From NCBI GenBank assembly GCA_965140445.1, contig OZ223236.1:4192001-4256000 (forward strand): a stretch of DNA of 64,000 nucleotides, in the 5' to 3' direction. Of this stretch, positions 58,351-64,000 are shown piece after piece (within the stretch, counting starts at the first letter, position 1; each line of letters begins with the position of its first letter). The position numbers and the translations under genes are program-made. The notes below the pieces were generated by a model, which was not told the DNA's origin, did no database searches, and saw only the letters and a list, made by a program, of their open reading frames with translations. The DNA comes from Candidatus Ozemobacteraceae bacterium. GTDB lineage: Bacteria; Muiribacteriota; Ozemobacteria; Ozemobacterales; Ozemobacteraceae.

Positions 58351-58690
58351 TTTGGCCGGATTCTCCGTCAACTCATCATTTGTAAACATACCCAGGCCCG
58401 TTAAGGGCCTGGATAAAAACCTCGAAACAGTTTCTGAAGACAAGAAAAAAGAATTGGGCAAGCTGAAAAAAGCATGTAGTGATTTTGAATCAATTTTCAT
58501 GAACCAGATGCTCAAAGAAATGAAAAAAACAGTCAACAAAACCGGGTTAATTCATGGTGGCCAAGCTGAAGATATTTTTTCAGACATGTTGGATCAAGAA
58601 AGATCAAAAGACATGGCAATAGGCTTGGGCGACATATTGTTTAACCAGCTATCTAAGGCTATTGTTCCTAATAAGAAACCAGGCCTTTAA
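58340..58690 (+). CDS. flgJ: FlgJ rod-binding domain protein (no muramidase domain)
   Basis: LKKACSDFESIFMNQMLKEMKKT...EDIFSDMLDQE...IGLGDILFNQL. Confidence 0.88.
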   Translation: MECNLAGFSVNSSFVNIPRPVKGLDKNLETVSEDKKKELGKLKKACSDFESIFMNQMLKEMKKTVNKTGLIHGGQAEDIFSDMLDQERSKDMAIGLGDILFNQLSKAIVPNKKPGL

Positions 58691-58744
58691 AAAATAGTAA
58701 AACTCAAATCAATTTTCACGGAAAGCCGCGAAAGGAAAGCAATT

Positions 58745-60028
58745 GTGGACGAAACTTCCCTAAACTATCTTAAACTATGTCTGGAACCAATTAAGAACCT
58801 TAAATCTCTTGCTAAAAGCATGAAATTAGAAGGCACAGAGAAACTAGGTAAACTTAATCTAATCAGAGCGATAATGACTGAGCACCTTGGCCAGCAGGGT
58901 CTGGGCTATGCAGAAGGCGTTCTCGATATTTTACCTGATGGTTATGGTTTTTTAAGAACCAGAAGTTTTGTTCAAAATGATGATGACGTATATGTTTCTC
59001 CTTCTCAATTAAAAAGATGGGGACTGATGTCCGGGGACACTATTGTTGCACAGGTTAGACTTCCCAAAGACGATGAGAGCTATCATTCACTTTTAAACAT
59101 TGAAGCCGTTAACGGCGTTAGCCTTGACCGCTTGAAAAACAGAAAAAGTTTCGAAGATGGTATCCCTGTATTTCCAACAGATAGATTTAAGCTGGAAACA
59201 GGTGAAGATGATTCTTCGACCCGAGTTTTTGACCTGGTATGTCCAATAGGAAAAGGTCAGCGCGGTTTAATCGTTGCTCCACCAAAAGCAGGGAAAACCA
59301 CCCTTTTAAAGCAGTTGGCAAACTCAATTTCAGCAAACCACCCAGAAGTTTTAATGCTTATTCTGCTAATTGATGAGCGACCAGAGGAAGTTACAGACAT
59401 GCGAAGATCTGTTGACGCAGAAGTTGTAGCTTCAACTTTTGATGAGCACATCAGCCATCACATAAAAGTTTCCGAACTACTTCTCGAAAAAGCAAAGCGC
59501 CATGCAGAATTAGGTAGAGACGTTGTTATTTTGTTGGATTCTATAACAAGACTTGCACGAGCATATAACATTTCAATGCCATCTGCTGGTCAAACCTTAT
59601 CTGGTGGAGTTAATCCATTCGCTTTGCACAAACCCAAAAGATTTCTCGGTGCAGCAAGAAAAATTGAACACGGCGGAAGCCTGACTGTTATAGCCACAGC
59701 CCTTATTGACACAGGTTCTAAGATGGATGAAGTCATCTTTGAAGAATTCAAAGGAACCGGCAATATGGAATTACACCTTGACAGAAAGCTATTCAATAAG
59801 AGAATATTCCCTTGTATTGATGTTAAAATGTCTGGAACTCGTAAAGAAGAACTTCTTATGGATCCTGAAGATCTCAAGAAAGTTATTATTCTTCGAAGAG
59901 CATTTGAAGATAAGAACCCGCAAGAAGTTGTTGAAATGCTGGTTAAGGGCATCTCTAACACAAAAAATAATAGAGAATTTCTAGATTTAATTAATCCTAA
60001 CTATAAGAGCTCAGGCAAAGCAGATTAA
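58745..60028 (+). CDS. rho: Transcription termination factor Rho
   Basis: GVLDILPDGYGFLR, DVYVSPSQ, PIGKGQRGLIVAPPKAGKT, LIDERPEEVTD, LDSITRLARAYN, FKGTGNMEL. Confidence 0.97.
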   Translation: MDETSLNYLKLCLEPIKNLKSLAKSMKLEGTEKLGKLNLIRAIMTEHLGQQGLGYAEGVLDILPDGYGFLRTRSFVQNDDDVYVSPSQLKRWGLMSGDTIVAQVRLPKDDESYHSLLNIEAVNGVSLDRLKNRKSFEDGIPVFPTDRFKLETGEDDSSTRVFDLVCPIGKGQRGLIVAPPKAGKTTLLKQLANSISANHPEVLMLILLIDERPEEVTDMRRSVDAEVVASTFDEHISHHIKVSELLLEKAKRHAELGRDVVILLDSITRLARAYNISMPSAGQTLSGGVNPFALHKPKRFLGAARKIEHGGSLTVIATALIDTGSKMDEVIFEEFKGTGNMELHLDRKLFNKRIFPCIDVKMSGTRKEELLMDPEDLKKVIILRRAFEDKNPQEVVEMLVKGISNTKNNREFLDLINPNYKSSGKAD

Positions 60029-60702
60029 TGAAAAGCTTTTCAAATGGCATTAGGGCGCTGCTAGTGATAGCTGCAATTTTATTTTTGCAGCTGTCGGTTC
60101 CTTTGCCAGCCACACAAAGCTTTTCTATATCTTCTGAATTTTCCTATGCTGAAAAAGCAGATTGTCAATCCTTCTGGACCTGCAGCAAAAATTTGCTGGC
60201 AAATGTTTCAGACAAGATAAGCTCTAACCCTCTACTGAACAAGATTAAAGCCCACAACTTCAGTGAACCTAAGACTTATAAAATTGTTAGCATTGCAACT
60301 CGCAAAACAGATTCCAAGCTGGAGTGGCCCGTTATAGGAAAAATATCTTCTGGATATGGGATGAGACTACACCCTGTAACCAGGAGAAGATCTTTTCATA
60401 ATGGAATTGACATCAAAGCTAGACGCGGAACCAGCGTCGTTGCACCAATGGACGGCGTTGTAATTGCAGCAGGTAGAGCCGGACTTCTTGGAAGATTAGT
60501 TAAAATTCAAACCAGAAATGGCATGATAATGTATTTTGCACACTTAACCAGATACAAATGTCGACGTGGACAACGGGTTAAAAAAGGACAATTGATCGGA
60601 ACTGTTGGATCTTCAGGAAGAGCAACTGGCCCACATCTGCACTTTTCAGTTAAGCAAAATTCTAAATATCTGAACCCATTAAAAGTTTTAAAGGGTAGAT
60701 AA
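60028..60702 (+). CDS. M23 family peptidase
   Basis: ISSGYGMRLHP, HNGID, FAHL, GRATGPHLHF. Confidence 0.92.
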   Translation: MKSFSNGIRALLVIAAILFLQLSVPLPATQSFSISSEFSYAEKADCQSFWTCSKNLLANVSDKISSNPLLNKIKAHNFSEPKTYKIVSIATRKTDSKLEWPVIGKISSGYGMRLHPVTRRRSFHNGIDIKARRGTSVVAPMDGVVIAAGRAGLLGRLVKIQTRNGMIMYFAHLTRYKCRRGQRVKKGQLIGTVGSSGRATGPHLHFSVKQNSKYLNPLKVLKGR

Positions 60703-60709
60703 TCTTCTC

Positions 60710-60737
60710 TCATATCTCCAGACAAAAATGCCGATAT
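60710..60737 (+). promoter_or_regulatory. sigma28-like promoter
   Basis: TCAT-N16-GCCGATAT. Confidence 0.5.
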
Positions 60738-60777
60738 TAAGGTCGATTATACCTTAAAAGTTTCTGGAGCCATGTAA

Positions 60778-61851
60778 ATGAACCATACAAAAAGAGCGAT
60801 AGCTCTTTTGCTTATTTTACCAGCCCTTGCACTCATTAGCCCCAAACTGGGTTTTTGTGAAATTTCTTCCTGCAGCTCAATCCGTAACATTGATGCAGAC
60901 TCTGCTTTGCAGGAATATGAAAAAGGATATGCCCAATACAGGAAAGGCAACTTTTCAGAAGCTGAAACACATTTTTTAGAAGCCCTTAAATATGAGCCAA
61001 ATCTTCTTAAAGCTCATTATTGGTTAGGCAAACTTTACAGAGAAATGGGAAAATTGCGTGATGCTATTTTCCACTGGGAAGAAGTTGAGAGACTCAATAA
61101 ACTCATTAAATTCAGAAGAGAAGCTCTTAAGTTCAGGAACAATGAATATCCTGCCGCAGGCCAGACATTAAGAGCACTCAAAGAGCAAAGAGATTCTGAA
61201 GAAGCTTTTGACAAAGGGTTACACCTCCTGGACAAGGGCCATTGGGACGGAGCAGAAGTAGAATTCCGAAAAGCCATCTCTTTGTTTCCTGGAAACAAAA
61301 ATTACTTAAGGATGCTTGCCAGGCTTCTTTGGGACAAATCAGAAAAACAGGCCAGCATAAAAGTCTACAGAGATCTACTTAGTCAACGAGACACTTCAAT
61401 TGAAGACTTTATTGAAGGTGTAGACAAAATTTTTGAAATAGAAATGGATTATCTTGCTTGTCCATTATTTGAAAAGCACCAAATCAGATTTGCAAATAAT
61501 CCAGAATTTGAGAAAAGAAAGAAGCGCTTTATTATTGAAGAAAAGATTGATATAGTCTCTGCGGGAAAAGTTTTAAAAAAAATGAAGGGGCAGGTAGTTC
61601 TCGACATGGGTTTAAGCAATGGACTAAGCCTTTCGGACGAGTTCAGTCTAACCTTAAGAGCGTTTAAAGCTGGTCACCCCATTAAAGATCCAAATTCAGG
61701 AAGAATACTAGGCCGAACTGAGGATAAACTCTCAGCAGACCTATTGATTACAAAGGTATATAAACATTCAAGCTGGGCATTAATTCGTAAAGAATTTGGC
61801 CCTGGAGTGAAAGCAGGTGACTTAATTGAAATCAAAGAAACAACCCGTTGA
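60778..61851 (+). CDS. Exported TPR protein with FlgT-C-like beta domain
   Basis: TPRs; C-terminus VVLDMGLSNGL...IKDPNSGRILG...ITKV...VKAGDLI. Confidence 0.65.
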   Translation: MNHTKRAIALLLILPALALISPKLGFCEISSCSSIRNIDADSALQEYEKGYAQYRKGNFSEAETHFLEALKYEPNLLKAHYWLGKLYREMGKLRDAIFHWEEVERLNKLIKFRREALKFRNNEYPAAGQTLRALKEQRDSEEAFDKGLHLLDKGHWDGAEVEFRKAISLFPGNKNYLRMLARLLWDKSEKQASIKVYRDLLSQRDTSIEDFIEGVDKIFEIEMDYLACPLFEKHQIRFANNPEFEKRKKRFIIEEKIDIVSAGKVLKKMKGQVVLDMGLSNGLSLSDEFSLTLRAFKAGHPIKDPNSGRILGRTEDKLSADLLITKVYKHSSWALIRKEFGPGVKAGDLIEIKETTR

Positions 61852-62302
61852 TGGAGTAAAAGTAGTTGCGGCGAATAGAAAAGCTCACTACGACTATTTT
61901 ATAATTGAAAAAATCGAAGTGGGAATAGCTTTGCTTGGCTCAGAACTGCGCCCAATTCGTGAAAATCGTGTCACACTCAAAGATTCATACGCAGAAGAAG
62001 TGAATGGTGAACTGTGGTTGTATGACATGCACATTGGTGCAAACCAATTTTCCAATAGATTGGATCACGATCCAGTAAGAAAAAGACGTCTCCTTGCCCA
62101 TAAACGAGAAATACTTAAACTCGGACACAAAGCTGAAACCTCTGGTATGACACTGGTTCCTCTAAGAGTGTATTTCAAAAAAGGAAAAGTTAAGGTTGAA
62201 CTTGCCCTTGTAAAAGGTAAAGCCAAATACGATAAACGGGACTCTATTGCCAAAAAAGACATGAGAAGAGATGTTGAGAGAGAACTTGGAGGAAGATATT
62301 GA
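61826..62302 (+). CDS. smpB: SsrA-binding protein SmpB
   Basis: NRKAHYDY, GIALLGSE, HDPVRKRRLLAHKREI, TLVPL, GKAKYDKR. Confidence 0.96.
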   Translation: MKSKKQPVDGVKVVAANRKAHYDYFIIEKIEVGIALLGSELRPIRENRVTLKDSYAEEVNGELWLYDMHIGANQFSNRLDHDPVRKRRLLAHKREILKLGHKAETSGMTLVPLRVYFKKGKVKVELALVKGKAKYDKRDSIAKKDMRRDVERELGGRY

Positions 62303-63912
62303 TGCTTGTAAGGACTTTAAAAAGAATAAGTCTTATTAGAATCCTACTAATTACTGCCATACTTTTTACTTCCATTGCAGTCAAAGCACAAGATGGGTAC
62401 ATAGGGGCAAAGAACTTTGCCGAATCGCAAAACATTGCCTATCAATGGTTTCCAATTCAAAAAATGCTGGTAATGAGAAAAGGTTTAAAATCAGTAAAAT
62501 TAAAAGTCAATGATCCAACAGCAATCATTGACGGGAAAGCTTTTCAACTTCCTGCTCCACCAAGGATACAGGATGGGCAGATTATGGTTCCTGCCAATGC
62601 GATTGTGAAAATTTTTCAGGGCGAAATGCCTGGAAATTTCACCCCAAGTCCGCCTAAACCAGCACCTGAAAAGCCCACTGACAAGCTTGTTAAATTTGCC
62701 ACAACTAATGCCACCGCCTTAAATTCAAAACCACCAATAATACCTTCAAATGAACCCAAAACAGTTACCCCTCCAAGCATACAGCCACAAAGCCTTTCTC
62801 AAGGAAATGAAAGTATACTTGTAGCCTTAAGACATAGTTCAAGAGAAGACCACACAAGGGTTGTACTGGAGTTTAATTCAAACGTTACATATTCCTCTGA
62901 ATTTCAAAATGGAATCTACAAATTAAGAATTTCCGGCTGCAAAAACCTTGTTCCAACTAAAAAAACTAATCCGGTTGGTAAAGATATTAAGAGCCTGGCT
63001 TTTAATAGCGGGCCTAATAGATCTGGCCTGGTTTTGACTTTTGGTGTGAAAAACACCAGGCAAGCCCCAACCATAGAAACAGTTGGAGGGCCTTTTAGAA
63101 TGATTATTTCCTTTCCATCTGGTGATGAGAAAGAAGTGCCAACACCCCCAACCCAGGAACCTGAGAAAAAACCAGAAATTCAGGAAGCGAAAAAGCCTGT
63201 TGTAGAAATAAAAGCAGAAGTTCCACCTGAAATTAATATCGAAGTTCTAGTTGCGTCACTAACAAGTGAAGCATTTCTTGGCCGCACAGTAGTTATAGAT
63301 CCCGGACATGGTGGAAGCGATTTTGGCGTTAGTGTAGCCGGACGAGGAAATGAAAAAGAAATTGTCCTTCATGTAGCAAACTACTTGAAACAAGCTCTGG
63401 AAAAACGCGGCTTAAACGGCGTAATATTGCGAATGAGTGACACAGAGCTAACTGCATCCCAAAGAATTTCCATTGCTAACAGAAATGGTGCAGATCTTTA
63501 CATTTCACTACATACTGGTGGTTCAAGCGATTTAACAAAATCTGGAGTTTCGTGCATTGTCTATGGAAAAGCAGGAACCGTTGAATCAGATAATTCAAAA
63601 TCCGGACTTGAATACATAACCGTATACGAAGATTGGTTGAAAAAAACTCGTTTTGACCTTGGAACTTATCTCGGGAAAAAAATTGAAGCTAGATTAAGAA
63701 AACATCTTCAGGTCGAAAGTCGCGGCTTAAAAGCTCTCCCTCTTCTCCCACTCAAATTCATCATGAATCCTGCAGTCCTGGTTGAAATAGGAATGCTTAC
63801 AGAAAAAGTTGAGGGTAAGAATCTCATTAGTTCTGGCTACCAAAAGGCAATAGCAGAATCCATTGCAAACGGCGTTAGCGACTTTTTCAATGGAATTGTC
63901 TTAAAGCCTTAA
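62299..63912 (+). CDS. N-acetylmuramoyl-L-alanine amidase (N-terminal stalk-like and AMIN domains, Amidase_3)
   Basis: TRVVLEF (AMIN); VVIDPGHGG, EK, LYISLH, PAVLVEIG. Confidence 0.88.
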   Translation: MMLVRTLKRISLIRILLITAILFTSIAVKAQDGYIGAKNFAESQNIAYQWFPIQKMLVMRKGLKSVKLKVNDPTAIIDGKAFQLPAPPRIQDGQIMVPANAIVKIFQGEMPGNFTPSPPKPAPEKPTDKLVKFATTNATALNSKPPIIPSNEPKTVTPPSIQPQSLSQGNESILVALRHSSREDHTRVVLEFNSNVTYSSEFQNGIYKLRISGCKNLVPTKKTNPVGKDIKSLAFNSGPNRSGLVLTFGVKNTRQAPTIETVGGPFRMIISFPSGDEKEVPTPPTQEPEKKPEIQEAKKPVVEIKAEVPPEINIEVLVASLTSEAFLGRTVVIDPGHGGSDFGVSVAGRGNEKEIVLHVANYLKQALEKRGLNGVILRMSDTELTASQRISIANRNGADLYISLHTGGSSDLTKSGVSCIVYGKAGTVESDNSKSGLEYITVYEDWLKKTRFDLGTYLGKKIEARLRKHLQVESRGLKALPLLPLKFIMNPAVLVEIGMLTEKVEGKNLISSGYQKAIAESIANGVSDFFNGIVLKP

Positions 63913-63927
63913 AGAATAGGAAAAACA

Positions 63928-64000
63928 ATGGCTAATAAAAAAAATAAATCAAGACACAATCAAGAAGCAATATTATTCATTTTAATGGGTCTGATAATCG
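63928..64000 (+). CDS. Partial CDS (N-terminus with start of a TM segment), runs off the window
   Basis: AGGA RBS; MANKKNKSRHNQEAILFILMGLII... Confidence 0.5.
   Translation, partial: MANKKNKSRHNQEAILFILMGLII

Noticed and set aside
61826..64000. tmRNA (ssrA) next to smpB
   Set aside because: smpB overlaps coding genes on both sides; no tRNA-like ends found.
1..64000. CRISPR arrays, IS elements, prophage, tRNA/rRNA, defence systems
   Set aside because: No spaced direct repeats, transposase, integrase, phage or structural RNA signatures recognised by eye.

Overview
AT-rich chromosomal window from a diderm bacterium (flagellar L/P rings, type IV pilus secretin). It is probably anaerobic (HydE-like maturase); the gene style resembles Candidatus Riflebacteria, but that is only an impression. 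No rRNA, tRNA, CRISPR or mobile element was recognised. Contents: TetR plus flavodoxin-like pair with a shared operator; exported phospholipase D; hydE; gpx-gpx-msrBA oxidative-repair operon; sigma54 activator with a divergent DUF2892 target; HD-GYP regulator; minor pilins; mltA; dprA; rplY; a frameshifted carD; a peptidoglycan-recycling cluster (ABC transporter, kinase, murQ, SpoIID); miaB-queH; pilMNOP/pilQ; aroC; flgFGAH...flgI/flgJ; rho; smpB; and an amidase. The best candidate for an undescribed system is a four-gene cassette splitting flgH from flgI: O-carbamoyltransferase, SxtJ-like membrane protein, DUF5989/SxtK-like peptide and membrane-anchored SGNH-TPR protein. The peptide ends in a DltX-like hexapeptide (LMYTIF), suggesting an MBOAT-free tyrosine-shuttle pathway for carbamoylating an envelope polymer. 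Also notable: a sigma28-like GCCGATA promoter motif recurs upstream of both pilus and basal-body genes, and two single-base frameshifts are probably sequencing errors. All family calls come from motif recognition by eye, not database searches.
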